Source: Candidatus Eiseniibacteriota bacterium (lineage in GTDB: Bacteria > Eisenbacteria > RBG-16-71-46). Taken from it: DNA of 64,000 nt. The DNA lies in the NCBI GenBank assembly GCA_963717505.1, contig OY970342.1:1312001-1376000 (forward strand). Direction: 5' to 3'. A program made the position numbers and the translations under genes. The first letter of the stretch is position 1. Every line of letters starts with the position of its first letter. Below the pieces are notes generated by a model. The model saw nothing but the letters and a program-made list of their open reading frames with translations, was not told the origin of the DNA and ran no database searches. Of this stretch, positions 1 through 11,574 are shown one piece after another.

Positions 1-551
1 TCGAGCGGGACCCGGAAGTAGAACGCCATGGTCGGCACCGGCACGAACCGGTAGAGCGAGCGCAGCCAGCGACGCGGAACGCCGCGCGTCACGTCGCGTG
101 CGAATGCCGTGTACACGTAGCGGTCGGCGAGCACGATCGCCCCCGCTTTGAGCGAAGGAATGATCTCGCGCTCGATGCGCTCCGAGAAGTCGGTGGCGTG
201 GATCAGCGAGAAAGTCAGCGGCGTCAGGATCTTGCGCTTCTTGCCGCGCGACGTGGTGTCTTTGACGATCACCGAGGAGTTCCACTCGCTGAACACCACC
301 GGATAGCCCTTGCCGCGCAGCCACTGGGCGAGCAGGGTGAGCTGCGTGCTCTTGCCGGAGCCGTCGATGCCTTCGACGATGAACAGCCGGCCCGGGTAGT
401 CGCGAACATGGCTGCCGTAGAGGCTGCCATCGGTGATGTGCGCGCTGGCGCCGCGTCGCGGCCGCCGGCGCTTGGGCGGCTCGGGCGCGTCTCGGCCATC
501 GGCGCCGCCCGCCGATGAGTCGGGCCCATTGGTCGGGCGTTCTTCGATCAC
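1..551 (-). CDS. tmk: Thymidylate kinase (dTMP kinase)-like protein, 3' end truncated by the window edge
   Basis: Manual minus-strand translation: GRLFIVEGIDGSGKSTQL (P-loop) ... GAIVLADRYVYTAFARD (DRY motif). GTG start at 551 overlaps the sixA stop (GTGA). Absent from the ORF track because it is incomplete. Confidence 0.8.
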   Translation of the reverse strand, partial: MIEERPTNGPDSSAGGADGRDAPEPPKRRRPRRGASAHITDGSLYGSHVRDYPGRLFIVEGIDGSGKSTQLTLLAQWLRGKGYPVVFSEWNSSVIVKDTTSRGKKRKILTPLTFSLIHATDFSERIEREIIPSLKAGAIVLADRYVYTAFARDVTRGVPRRWLRSLYRFVPVPTMAFYFRVPL

Positions 552-1066
552 GCGGAGCCGATTCCTTTCTTGCGACGACCCAGGCGGCGCAGCAGGCGCG
601 GCGGCATGTGCCACATGAGTTCACCGGCGCCCGGTCGCGGGGCGCCATCGAAGCCGATCGCGCAGGCGCCGGCTTTCTTGATCGGCAATGCCGTCGCGGA
701 GCCCACCATGGCGGCCGCCAAGACGCCGAGGTCGGGCTCATGCCCGACCAGGATCACCGTCTGCTCGGGCTGGAGACGCGACAGCGCGACGAACACGCCG
801 CGCGATCCGCGGCCCGCCGAGAGCGCGTCCAGCGTCTCCACCGTATTCACTCCGAGGGCCTCCCCGGCAATGCGCGCCGTGCCGAGCGCGCGAACGTAGG
901 GGCTGGTCAGGATGATCGAGACGTCGTCCGTGGCACAACCGATCCCCCGCGCCGCGGACCGGGTGCGGACGATGCCGCGCGGGGTCAGCGGACGGTCGAC
1001 ATCCGAAGGCCAACGGTCGGAATCCGGACGTCCGGCGGGTCCGTGTCGGAACAGAATCACCTGCAT
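548..1066 (-). CDS. sixA: Phosphohistidine phosphatase SixA (histidine phosphatase family)
   Basis: ILFRHG, DRPLTPRG, ILTSPYVRA and LVGHEPDL motifs; 172 aa. Confidence 0.85.
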   Translation of the reverse strand: MQVILFRHGPAGRPDSDRWPSDVDRPLTPRGIVRTRSAARGIGCATDDVSIILTSPYVRALGTARIAGEALGVNTVETLDALSAGRGSRGVFVALSRLQPEQTVILVGHEPDLGVLAAAMVGSATALPIKKAGACAIGFDGAPRPGAGELMWHMPPRLLRRLGRRKKGIGSA

Positions 1067-1212
1067 GGAATTGGGCTCTCGGCCGATCGAACCGCGTCAC
1101 GCAGCCGCGGAATACCATCCTGGAGAACGCGTGCGAGGGAGGCGCAAACGCCGTCGCTAGACTATCATTCGCCGAAAGACCGCGGCAAAAGCCGCCAACC
1201 CGGAGGAATTGC

Positions 1213-1870
1213 ATGCGCTTGGAAGACCGCTCGACCGCCCCCTGGCACCTCGCTCTGGCCGGATTCGCCCTGACGGCCGCCCTCCTCTTGCCCGCGATCG
1301 TCGCGGCCCAAACGCCCGCCGCACCCCCGGCCCAGACCGGCGCCCAGGAGCGTAAGCCTCAGACCCGGCCCCACGGCAAACGGATCTCCGTGGACCCGAC
1401 CACCATCCGGGTTGGCGACGGCGACACCGTGGACATTTCGTGGGGTGCCAGCGACAACGAGATCATCCGCATTCTGGGCATCGACACGCCGGAGACGCGC
1501 AATCCCGAGCACGATCTGCCGTACTCGCAGTCATTCGGCGAGGAGGCGAAGGCGTTCGCCCGCGGCGCGTTCGCGGCGGCCACCAAGGTCGAACTCTTGC
1601 GCGCCGACATCATCGACCCCTACGGCCGCACGCTGGGCTACCTGTTCCTCAACGACCGGAACTACTCGGTGCTCGTGGTCACAGCGCGACTCGCGGTCGA
1701 GAGCGTGACGCGGTACGGCGACAACGGTTTCCCCGAGGAGGCGAAAACGGTCGCCGCCGCCGCCAAGGCCGCCGGCCCGGTGCCGTTCGAGCCGCCGGCC
1801 GACTACCGCCGGCGCATGCGCGATCTGTCGAGGTGGATGAAGGAGCAGGGGGTGCACGCAGCAGAACTGA
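1213..1870 (+). CDS. Secreted thermonuclease (SNase-like); the ORF runs on to 2235, probably because of a 1-nt error near 1850
   Basis: GGAGG RBS, signal peptide, VGDGDTV, IRILGIDTPE and DPYGRTLGYL motifs. Removing one G from the G5 run near 1850 gives a TGA at 1868-1870 and removes a 250 nt overlap with the next gene. Confidence 0.8.
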
Positions 1871-1984
1871 GCGGCGCGCCGCCTCGCCCTAGATGGCCGC
1901 AGATTAGGTGGGGACAGCCCGCTGGCGGGTGTATGCTTGTGCGCGTCATGGCCAGCGGCTATTTCGTGGCCATGGGGGAGCGCC

Positions 1985-3439
1985 ATGAAGAGTACGCCAG
2001 CGACCGCCCTCCTTTTCGCTGCGACGTTGTTGCTCGGAGCGATCCCGGTATTTGCAGACTGCGAGCCGCCGCTCTTCTCCGGCTGGACCAATCCCGAGAA
2101 CTTCTCGTCGGTGGCCATCGACGTCGCCGATATGAATCTCGACGGAATTCCCGATCTCGTGAATACGACGATCGGTCTGCAACAACATCGGTATGTGCAG
2201 CACGGGCAGATTCGCGTGCAACTGGGAGTCGGTGACGGGACCTTCTCTGCCCCCATAGTCAACGTGCTAGGCGATCAGCGATTCCGGCTGGGGGGTCTCG
2301 AGATCGGGGACTTCACTGGGGATGGCCTGCCGGACATGGTCACGTATTACCAGAGCTCCGGTGCCGATTTTGTCGTGACCCTGATCGGGAATGGCAGTGG
2401 TGGGGTCACGACCCAGGTGACGTCGGGCCTGAACATCTCCGGTGGGAACCTGGGGGGCCACGGTGAATTCAACGGGGACGGACGCCTGGACCTGGTGCTC
2501 GGAAACCGGGTGCTGCTCGGGAACGGGAGTGGTGGGTTTGCTCTTGGCCTGTCGCTACTGCCGGTGGCGGGGACGGTTCTAGTCAAGGACGTGAACCTGG
2601 ACACGCGCCTGGATCTGGTGCGCGTGTCTCCGAGCGCAAACGAAGTCCTTGTGGCCCTTGGGAACGGAAACGGGACGTTCACTGCCGCGCCAGCGGTTCC
2701 CGTGGGTGCGGGGCCCGTGTCCGTCCGGTGCGCCGACCTCGATCGAGACGGACCGCAGGACATCATCACCGCCAACGCGGGCGATGGGACCGTTTCCGTG
2801 GCCCTGGGGAATGGGGATGGCACGTTTGCCACGGCGGTCCACTATTCGGCCTCCCCGTCCCCGGCGGGTCTCGATGTCGCGGACCTCAATGGCGACGGCT
2901 GGCGCGATGTCGTGGTGGTCGGGATCGCGAATCCCATCGTCGTCTTGCGGAACCACGGAGATGGAACGCTGATGGCCCCGTGCGAACATCAACACGGCGC
3001 AATGCTTCCGAGTCAATTGCCCATTGCCCCGGTGATGGCCAGGGATCTGAACGGCGATCACAAGGCCGATCTGGTCTTCCCATTCTTCAACAACGCCGAA
3101 TCGCGCGCCGAGGTCCACCTGAACGTAGGCCCACCTCCGACCTCCAGCGTACCCTCGACCGCCAATGAGGCGCTCCTCACCGCGGCTCCGAACCCGGGGC
3201 GTCGCGAAATCCGATTTGGTTTCGAGCTCAAGGAGTCGGACGACGTTGTGCTCGATTTGTTCGATTCCGGCGGCCGTCGCGTGGCTCGCGTGTTCGAGGG
3301 GCGCCTGGAGGCGGGGTTGTACGACCGGCCGTGGTCGGGGCAATCGGTGGCAGGGCCGGTGGCCGCGGGGGTCTACTGGGCGCGACTGTCGACGTCGAAA
3401 GGCGTGACGGCCCGCCGCCTGGTGTGGCTCGATCGCTGA
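1985..3439 (+). CDS. FG-GAP/VCBS repeat protein with C-terminal FlgD/T9SS-like sorting domain
   Basis: GGGGAG RBS before ATG 1985; signal peptide; repeated DxNxDGxxD motifs with LGNGDGTF; C-terminus AAPNP...LDLFDSGGRRVARV...GVYWARL. Confidence 0.85.
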   Translation: MKSTPATALLFAATLLLGAIPVFADCEPPLFSGWTNPENFSSVAIDVADMNLDGIPDLVNTTIGLQQHRYVQHGQIRVQLGVGDGTFSAPIVNVLGDQRFRLGGLEIGDFTGDGLPDMVTYYQSSGADFVVTLIGNGSGGVTTQVTSGLNISGGNLGGHGEFNGDGRLDLVLGNRVLLGNGSGGFALGLSLLPVAGTVLVKDVNLDTRLDLVRVSPSANEVLVALGNGNGTFTAAPAVPVGAGPVSVRCADLDRDGPQDIITANAGDGTVSVALGNGDGTFATAVHYSASPSPAGLDVADLNGDGWRDVVVVGIANPIVVLRNHGDGTLMAPCEHQHGAMLPSQLPIAPVMARDLNGDHKADLVFPFFNNAESRAEVHLNVGPPPTSSVPSTANEALLTAAPNPGRREIRFGFELKESDDVVLDLFDSGGRRVARVFEGRLEAGLYDRPWSGQSVAGPVAAGVYWARLSTSKGVTARRLVWLDR

Positions 3440-3454
3440 TCGGCTCGGAGGCCA

Positions 3455-5259
3455 TCAGCGCTGAAGCACGTTCGCCGGCGGCGGGCGCAGCGCCCGGGCC
3501 GCCGGGTGCAGATCCTGCTCAGGGTCGGCCCACTTCGAGCGCATGAAGAAGAAGTTGTTGCGCTGAGCCCGGTCCTTCGCGAACGTCGAATCCGCGGACA
3601 AACGAGCAGCGAACTCGCGAGCGAGTTTCGGATCCTCGGCCAGCATGCGGCGCGCGATCGGCTCGATCACGTAGTCCTCGGCGTACTCCTTCTGCTCGAA
3701 GATGGTGTCGAACGCATTCCAGTAGAGGAGCCCGTCGGGCGCTTGCGCTTCGAGCAGGTGGATCGCGACCAACCCCGCGGGCTGGTCGAGCGGCACCCAT
3801 AGATCGCCGGCGCGGAACGTGCGCAGCCGGCGCTCGAGCTCGAGGGAATCGACGATCACCGGATGGTGTCCCTCGCGCAGGCGGTCCTCGGCGTGCCAGC
3901 GCACGATGCGCTGGATCTCGACGGTGTCGGCCCATGCTGGATTTCAGGCGGTGATAGCGAACGCCGTGAAGCTCGAGCCGGTCGCGGACCATCGTCCACT
4001 CCTGCGGCACCAGGTAGCCGGCCGGCTGGATCGTGGTCGCTGCCGGCTCGAGGTCGCGGTACATCGGGATCATCGTGTCCCACGCGGTCGTGTCGTAGCG
4101 CGAGACCTCGGTGCCGAGGACGTCGCTGAACGCGGGCCGGTCGACGACCCCGCGATAGGCGAACGGCGTCGGCAGGTCGGTAGCGCGCTGGCTCAGCGCG
4201 ATCACCTCGCGCCGGTTCGCGCTGCCCCGCGCAACGATCTCGCGTTCGGCTTCGGCAACCGCATCGGTCAGAGCCGACGGGTGGTCACGAAGTTCCTCGA
4301 GCAGCGCCACCATGAGGTCGTAGGTCGCGCGCACCCGCGATTCGTAGGACTTGAGCATGTGGGTTTCGACCAGGATCGCACGGCCGGCCGTGGAGCGGCG
4401 GGTAGCCGGTCGAGTAGCGCGGAACGGATCCGTCCATGTTGAAGCCGCTCGCCGGATCGTTGCCGCGACGAAACGACAGGTAGCGGCGCCGTCAGATGGC
4501 CGAGCGCCTGGGCGCGCGGAATCACCCGGCCTTCGAACGCTTCGATCGCCCCAGCGCTCGACCGGCGGCGGACAGACCGGGCCGATCTGGATCGAATAGG
4601 TGAGGTCGTGCTCGGTAGTCGGCGCCGTCGGTAGTGTGATTGTCGACCAGCAGGTGTGGCCGCCACTGGGTGAACACCTGGCCGATCAGCGCGCGCATCT
4701 CCGGGGACTCGAGCTTCATGTAGTCGCGATTGAGGTTGAGCCCGATCGGCGTCGCGCGAAACCCCATGTTCTCGGGGCCGTCCTGATTGATCCGGTTATA
4801 GGGGCTCGCACGCTCGTGCGCGTCGACCGAGAGGATCGGCAGGATGAGCAGGATCGCATGGTCGATCAGGTCGGCGTGCGATTTGAGCACCGCGATGTCG
4901 CGGACCAAGGCCAGCGAGGCGTCCTTGCCTTCGATCTCGCCCGAGTGAATCCCATTCTGAATCAGCACGATCGGCTTGCCGGTGCGCCGCGCGGCTTCGG
5001 GGGTGAAGGCGCGGTCCCTGGAGACGATCAGCAGCGGAAGCGAGCGACCCTGGCCGCTCGTGCCATAGGTTGTGAGCTTGACCCACCTCGAGGCCTTCTC
5101 GAGTCGCCGGCAGTAGTCGAGGGTTTCTTCGTAGTTCGGGGTGGTGCGGTAATTCGAACTCTCGGCGTGGGTGCGCCAGGCGTCGGGCGCCGAGGCGCCC
5201 GCCCCGCCGAAGGGTGCGAGCAGCAGGCCCCAAATCAGCCAATCAATCGGTTTTCTCAT
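3455..5259 (-). CDS. M14 family zinc carboxypeptidase, split by several frameshifts (~4430-4600, ~3935)
   Basis: Signal peptide, GIHSGEIEGK (HxxE), NLNRD and DNHTT motifs in 4522..5259; continues in ORFs 3519..4358 and 3455..3904 (LLEAQAPDGL, FEQKEY). Confidence 0.8.
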
Positions 5260-5396
5260 GGGGGGGGGAATCTAAGCTGCCGGCGCGCGACCACGCCAAC
5301 CGACGTCGATTTCCAGTGGTTCATCGTCCGGGACGGGAGTAGCCTTCTTTGCAGGCGAATCTCCCCGACGCCCTTCCCCCAGGGAGGATCCCGGTC

Positions 5397-7721
5397 ATGA
5401 CCGCGTCCGTTCGCTGTCCTATTGCGGCGGTACTCGCGCTGCTGCTCTCCTCGTTCTCGATGGCCGCCGCGTCGCCACCGCCGTCGATGGTGGCCGTCGG
5501 ACCCGAGTGGGTCTTGCTCAAGGGTGGCAGTCCGGTGGGTCGCAGCCTGCACGGCGCGGCCTACGATCCGGTTCGGCACCAGATGGTGATTGCGGGTGGG
5601 GGCTCTTCCGATTGGTGGGCGTTGCGGCTGCACCCGAATCCGGATTGGCGCAACGTGCTGCCGGCCTCGACCTTTGTCTACCCGTGCGCGTGGCGCACGA
5701 TCGTCTACGACCCACCACGCGATCGGTTCATCTCGCTCGGCGAGAACTGCGGGGGCGAAATCCATCCCCCGGGCATTTTAGCGGCATCGATCGACGGCGC
5801 GCTGGTCACCAGCCAGTTGCCCGCGGATGGTCCGCGTCTGGGCATCGCGGCGTTCTACGACCCGGTACGCGATCGTCTCGTGACGTTTGGCGGCCAGAAC
5901 ACGGGGAACGGCACCTACCCGCAGGACGTCCGTGTCCTCAACCTGACGGGAACGCCGGAGTGGACCACACTCGCGACCGCCGGCACTCCGCCCCCGGGCC
6001 GCTCGTATCACAACCTGATCTACGACCCTGCCCTGGATCGAATGATCGTGCTGCTGGGACGCAACGGCGCCGGGCCGCTGGACGACATCTGGCAGCTCAC
6101 GCTGTCCGGAACTCCGACCTGGAGCCCGCTCGTGCCCCTCAATGCCGGGCCCACCGCCCGCTCCGCGGCGGCCGCGGCGTTGACTCCCTTGGGGACCATC
6201 GTCGTCGCGTTCGGTGACGATGGCTCGCCAAGATCGGATGTCTGGTCGCTGTATCCGGAGCCCGGGGGCCCCACCTGGACCGAATTGAACGTGGGCGGTG
6301 GCGCGCCACCGCCCCGAAGCGGCGCCAGCATGGTCTTCGACCCGTCCGGCGAGCAGATGGTCCTGTTCGGTGGCGCCAACGGGGTTGCGAGATACAACGA
6401 CATCTGGGCGCTCTCTTTTCCGGCCGGCGTTGGGACTTGGTCCCAGATCAATACCCAGCCGTCCCCTACTCGGCGCGCATGGGCGGCGATGGCGCGTGAC
6501 CCGGTGCACGATCGTGCCATCCTGTTCGGCGGCATTTCCGACATCGCCGGGTTGCACGGCGACTTGTGGCAGCTGCCGCTGGGCGGCGGTCCGTGGGCGC
6601 CAATGCCCGCCTTCGGACCCGCGCCGTCTCCCCGCCAACAGCACACCTTGACCTACGACCCCATGCGAGACCGGATGATTCTGTTCGGAGGGCGTGACGT
6701 CGCGGACCTCGGCGACGTGTGGCAGCTCACGCTCGGTCCGACTCCCCAGTGGCAATTGGTTTCGACCGCGGGGACCCTGCCCGGGCCGCGGTCCGGACAT
6801 TCAGCGATCTATGATCCGATCCGGGATCGGCTCGTGGTCTTCGGCGGTTCGCTGGCCACGGCCAGCAGCGAGACCTGGGCTCTGTCGTTGGCTACGAATC
6901 AGTGGACGCTTCTGCACTCGGGTGCCGGCGGGCCCCAGACTCGCATCTTCAGCGGCGCGCTCTACGATCCGGTGGGCGATCGGATGATCGTGTGGGCGGG
7001 CGAGGGCCGTCAGGGGCCGTACCATCGATCGTTCAACGACACCTGGGCTCTGTCACTTGCCAGCCCGGCATGGACTCAGCTGGCTCCCGCCGGGGGCACA
7101 CCTTCCGATCGCCGGAGCCCCATGACGGTGTACGACCCCGGCCGACATCGGCTGGTGACCTTCGGCGGCGCGACCGTCACGATCGGTGGCATCAATCAAA
7201 CCTACGGGAACCGCAACGACGTCCGAGAGCTGACGCTCGCCACTCCGACTTGGTCACTGCTCATCGTTGCCGGCTGGGGCCCGGCTGGCCGGGACGGCAC
7301 GGCCGGGATCTACGATCCGAGCCGCGACCGCATGATCCTGTTTGGCGGATGCTTCGAGAGGAGCAGCGAAACCGGGGGCAGCTACATGGTGGGCGAAACC
7401 TACGCGATCTACTTCACCCCCGAGCTGGTCGACGTGCCACCGGAGCCGACCACCATGCGGTTCGCGATCCAGCGCGTGAGTCCCAACCCCGCGAGGGCCG
7501 GAATCGACGTGTGGTTCCACCTGCCTCGAGCCCAGTCGGTATCCATCGAGCTCCTGGATCTTGCGGGCCGCCGGCGAGCTTCGACCGAAACCGGGGTTCT
7601 CGCGGCCGGGCCCAATCGGGTTCGGTTCGACGACACGGCGCACCTCTCGGCCGGGATGTACTTTCTCAGGCTGACCGGGCGCGATGGCATCGGAAGCGCA
7701 CGCGTCTGTGTGGTGCGATAG
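5397..7721 (+). CDS. Kelch-repeat beta-propeller protein (12 repeats) with C-terminal FlgD/T9SS-like domain
   Basis: GGAGG RBS, ATG 5397; signal peptide; 12 YDPxxDRxxxFGG-type repeats; C-terminus VSPNPAR...LLDLAGRR...GMYFLRL. Confidence 0.85.
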   Translation: MTASVRCPIAAVLALLLSSFSMAAASPPPSMVAVGPEWVLLKGGSPVGRSLHGAAYDPVRHQMVIAGGGSSDWWALRLHPNPDWRNVLPASTFVYPCAWRTIVYDPPRDRFISLGENCGGEIHPPGILAASIDGALVTSQLPADGPRLGIAAFYDPVRDRLVTFGGQNTGNGTYPQDVRVLNLTGTPEWTTLATAGTPPPGRSYHNLIYDPALDRMIVLLGRNGAGPLDDIWQLTLSGTPTWSPLVPLNAGPTARSAAAAALTPLGTIVVAFGDDGSPRSDVWSLYPEPGGPTWTELNVGGGAPPPRSGASMVFDPSGEQMVLFGGANGVARYNDIWALSFPAGVGTWSQINTQPSPTRRAWAAMARDPVHDRAILFGGISDIAGLHGDLWQLPLGGGPWAPMPAFGPAPSPRQQHTLTYDPMRDRMILFGGRDVADLGDVWQLTLGPTPQWQLVSTAGTLPGPRSGHSAIYDPIRDRLVVFGGSLATASSETWALSLATNQWTLLHSGAGGPQTRIFSGALYDPVGDRMIVWAGEGRQGPYHRSFNDTWALSLASPAWTQLAPAGGTPSDRRSPMTVYDPGRHRLVTFGGATVTIGGINQTYGNRNDVRELTLATPTWSLLIVAGWGPAGRDGTAGIYDPSRDRMILFGGCFERSSETGGSYMVGETYAIYFTPELVDVPPEPTTMRFAIQRVSPNPARAGIDVWFHLPRAQSVSIELLDLAGRRRASTETGVLAAGPNRVRFDDTAHLSAGMYFLRLTGRDGIGSARVCVVR

Positions 7722-7735
7722 ACGGGAGCGCCGAA

Positions 7736-8395
7736 CTACATCAGTTTGACGTTGGCCTCGCCGACGCTGAGGTCGATGTCGAGGCGCGAGCTTCCGGGGC
7801 CGCGGTCCCAGTCGATCCGCTTGCCGAGCCAGCCACGGACCTGGGAAGACCCCGATCGCGGCCGCAGCGACGCGTCGCCGATGCTGACGCGAACATCGAC
7901 CGACTTGAGTGCGGTCTCGGGCATCCTGACGTCGACCTCGCCCACGCTCATGCGAACTTCGAGATCCTTCTCGATGCCTTCGATTTCGAGCTCGCCGACG
8001 TTCATGCTGATTTCGACCGCCATCGACCGCGGAATCTCGACCCGGCCGCGCAGGTGGGTGTCCTTGTGCCATTTCGAGTTCTCGAAACGGAGGCGCAATT
8101 CGTCGCCGCGAATCTCGTCGATCGCGCGGACGTCCTCGGCGAACTCCTCGCAGTCTCGACTCCGCTCGCAGCGAAGTTCGATCTCGAAGGTGACCTCCGA
8201 GCCGTCGGTGGCGACCACCTCCAACCTGCCGACCGGGAAATCGACGAACACCTTCTTGGCGCCGCCGGTCTCGAGCGACTTGCTGGCGATGGGAATCGTG
8301 GTGTCGGCGGCAACGGAAACCGGGAGCAGTAACAGGACGGCGAGCAGCGGGTACCAGGGGCTCGCCCGGTGTGGGGCAATGAGGGCGGCGGGCAT
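7736..8395 (-). CDS. Secreted DUF4097/adhesin-like beta-strand repeat protein
   Basis: GGAGGT RBS before ATG 8395; signal peptide; repeated (N/S)VGExxV beta-solenoid motifs. Confidence 0.6.
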   Translation of the reverse strand: MPAALIAPHRASPWYPLLAVLLLLPVSVAADTTIPIASKSLETGGAKKVFVDFPVGRLEVVATDGSEVTFEIELRCERSRDCEEFAEDVRAIDEIRGDELRLRFENSKWHKDTHLRGRVEIPRSMAVEISMNVGELEIEGIEKDLEVRMSVGEVDVRMPETALKSVDVRVSIGDASLRPRSGSSQVRGWLGKRIDWDRGPGSSRLDIDLSVGEANVKLM

Positions 8396-8492
8396 GATGG
8401 ACCTCCAGGGCGCGACGGGTTTCAACGCTAGGATACGCCGCGGAGGTCCAAGGGTTGCCACCCGCCGCGCAGGACCCGCCGGCACCGGAAGG

Positions 8493-9441
8493 TCATCGCC
8501 CGGCGGCGCGACGTCGCACCAGCTCAACCATCAGCGCCTTCTGCAGGTGCAGCCGGTTCTCGGCCTGCTCGACCACGATGCTCTGCGGGCCGTCGAGCAC
8601 CTCGTCGGTCACCTCCTCGCCGCGGTGGGCGGGCAGGCAGTGCATGAACAGCGGCGTCGGGCTTGGCCAGCGGCCATCAGCGCGTCGTTCACCTGGTAGC
8701 CGGCGAACGACGACGCGCCGCCACTCGGCCTCCTCCTCCTGGCCCATGCTGGTCCAGGTGTCGGTGTAGACCACGTCGGCGCCGCGCACCGCCTCGTGCG
8801 GGTCGCGGAAGCGGCGGATCGTCGCCGCGCGCGCGCCGCTCGGCCTCGAGGAACAGACCGCCGTCGGGCTCGAACCCGTCGGGCACGGCGAGCTTGCAGC
8901 GTGAAGCCGAAGATGGTCGCGGCCTCGAGCCACGAGTGCAGCACGTTGTTGCCGTCGCCCACCCACGCCACCGTCATGCGGTCCAGGTCGCGACCCGCGC
9001 GGCGCAGCGTGTAGAGGTCGGCCAGGATCTGGCAGGGGTGCGAGTAGTCGGTGAGCGCGTTGATCACCGGAATCGTGGCGTGCTCGGCCAGCGCGCTGCA
9101 CGATGCGGTGCGCGAACGTGCGGATCACGATCAGGTCGCACATGCCGGACAGCACGTGCGCGACGTCGGCCAGGCTCTCGCGGCCGTGCTCGCGCGACCT
9201 CGACGCGCCGAGAGGTCGACGGCGTCGCCGCCCAGCTCGTGCATGCCGACGGTGAACGACACCCGCGTGCGCAGCGACGGCTTGTGGAACACGAGCGCCG
9301 CGGTCTTGCCGGCGAGCGGGCGCGGCGCGCGTCGCGTGCCGCGCGCGGCGCGCAGACGCGTCGGCCAGGTCGAAGACGTCGTAGCACCCAGTCACGATCG
9401 AGACCGAGCAGGTCGACCAGGTGCTCGGGCGCGTCGGACAT
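8493..9441 (-). CDS. argF: Ornithine carbamoyltransferase, multiple frameshifts
   Basis: Fragments across frames: [66 protein letters not shown]; GGAGG RBS before ATG 9441. Confidence 0.9.
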
Positions 9442-9471
9442 GTCGGGTGCCTCCATCTCGTTGAGAGTCGA

Positions 9472-10035
9472 TCAGGACACGCTCGGCAGCGCCGGGTCTC
9501 GACGTACGGCCGTCGCGGGATCGGCAGCACCCAGGTCGCGGCCGGCGGCCGCGGCGGCCGCCGAGGCGCCGGGCACCAGGTCGAGCACCACCGCGACCTC
9601 GTCGCAGGCGTGACGCCGCGGGCAGCGCACGCAGTCGGTCCACACCTTGCGCGGCAGCGACTCGCGCGGCGCGGCGGCGAAGCCGCAGCGCTCGAAGAAT
9701 CCCACCTCGCGGGTCAGCGCGATGACGCGCGGCAGCGCCGAGCGCGCGCGCGTCGGCGACCACGCGCTTCGACCAGCGCGCGCGCCGAGGCCCCGGCCGT
9801 GGTGGTCGGGACGCACGGCGAGCGAGCGCACCTCGCCCAGGTCGTCCCACAGCACGCGCAGCGCGGCGCACGCGACGACCTGCGCCCGTCGCGCTCGGCG
9901 ACGTGGAACTCGCGCACGCACTGGTACAGCTCGCTGACCGGCCGCGGCAGCAGCACGCCCTGGATGACGTAGTCGGCCATGACGCCGGCGATGCCGGGGA
10001 CGTCGGCGAGCGCGCGCGCGGCGGAGCACGATGCC
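9472..10035 (-). CDS. argA: Short GNAT-type N-acetylglutamate synthase domain, probably fused to the C-terminus of ArgH; frameshifted
   Basis: LLPRPVSELYQCVREF, LWDDLGEVRSLAV, ALTREVGFFERCGF, LPRKVWTDCVRCP...CDEVAV. Confidence 0.75.
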   Translation of the reverse strand, partial: GIVLRRARARRRPRHRRRHGRLRHPGRAAAAAGQRAVPVRARVPRRRARRAQVVACAALRVLWDDLGEVRSLAVRPDHHGRGLGARAGRSAWSPTRARSALPRVIALTREVGFFERCGFAAAPRESLPRKVWTDCVRCPRRHACDEVAVVLDLVPGASAAAAAAGRDLGAADPATAVRRDPALPSVS

Positions 10036-10189
10036 GTCGCCGACGCGAGCGTGCCGGCGTCGGCAGCTGCCGCGCGCGGCGTCCGCGGCGGCGCGCCGGC
10101 ACGCTCGGTGCGCCGCGCGCGCGGCGTCGCGCGCCGTCGCGCCATCCGGCGACGCGCAGCGTCGGCGCTCGTCGCCGCGGCCCGAGGCC

Positions 10190-11574
10190 GAGCCGCGCCT
10201 CGGCGCGCGCGAGCTGCGTCGCGCACCGATGCGGGCCGCCGCCGGGCGCGTGGTCGCGGCGCGCCAGCGCCGCTTCGACGGTCAGCGCGGCGAGCCGCGC
10301 GTCGGTGAAGTGCGGCGAGAGCGCCAGGCGCTCGGTCTCGGGCAGCGCGGCGGGCGCGACGCCGGCCTGCTCGGCGGCGGCCCACAGCGCGCCCGACCCG
10401 CGCGTGCGCGTCGCGGAACGGCACACCCTCGGCGACCAGCGCGTCGGCCAGCTCGACGGCGAGCAGGTCGGGCGTGAGCGTCGCGGCGCATGCGTTCGCG
10501 GTTCGCGGCTCGAGCGCGGCGATCGCCGGCGCCAGCGCCGCGAGCAGCCGTCGACAGCGTGTCGGCGGTGTCGAACACCGCTTCCTTGTCCTCCTGCAGA
10601 TCCTTCTGGTACGCGGACGGGCAGCCCCTTGAGCAGCGATCGCGAGCCGCTGCGGCGTTGGCGATCAGCCGCGCGCTCTTGCCGCGCGCCAGCTCGAACA
10701 CGTCGGGGTTGCGCTTCTGCGGCAGCAGGCTCGAGCCGGTCGAGAAGCCGTCGGGCGCCGCGAACCAGCCGAACGCCGGCGAGCACCACAGCACCAGGTC
10801 CTCGGCCAGGCGCGACAGGTGAACGCCGAGCTGCGCCGCCGGCGTTCAGGTACTCGAGCGCGAAGTCGCGATCGCCGACGGCATCGACGCTGTTGGTCGG
10901 CGAGCCGGCTGAAGCCGAGCCGCGTGGCGAGCGCGGCGCGGTCGTAGACGAGCGGCGTGCCGGCGACCGCGCCCGCGCCGAGCGGCAGCCGGTCGGCCGC
11001 GGCCTCGCGCGCCTGCGCGAAGCGCTCCTCGTCGCGCTCGAACGCCGCGACGTGCGCCAGCCACCAGTGCGCGAGCCAGCACCGGCTGCGCCGGCTGCAG
11101 GTGCGTGTACGCCGCGACCGCCGGCGTCTGCCGGCAGCGCGCGCCTGGCGCGACCAGCGCGCGCTCCGAGCTCGCGCACGCCCTCGACCGCGTCGTCGCA
11201 CAGCCGCATGACGCGCATGCGCAGCAGCGTGCTGACCTGGTCGTTGCGGCTGCGCCCGGTGTGGAGCCGGCGCGCGGGGTCGCCGCAGCGCGCGGATCAG
11301 CTCGGCCTCGACCGCGGAGTGCACGTCCTCGCCTTCGAGCGTCACGCGTGCCGGCGCTCGAGATCGGCCTCGAGCGCGTCGCACGCCGCGATCAAGCGCC
11401 GCGGCTTCGTCGCCGCGTCAGCACGCCGCACTCGGCAAGCGCCGGTGCGTAGGCGCGCGAGAGCGCCAGCTCCTCGGGCCACAGCCGGCGGTCGACCGGC
11501 AGCGAGTCGTTGAGCGCCCGGGCGCGCGGATCGAGGCCGGCGGCGAGCCGGCCGCGCCAGACCGTCGGTCTGCG

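Noticed and set aside
1871-2235. C-terminal extension of the thermonuclease overlapping the FG-GAP gene
   Set aside because: No motifs; a single-base change in a G run restores a stop at 1868-1870
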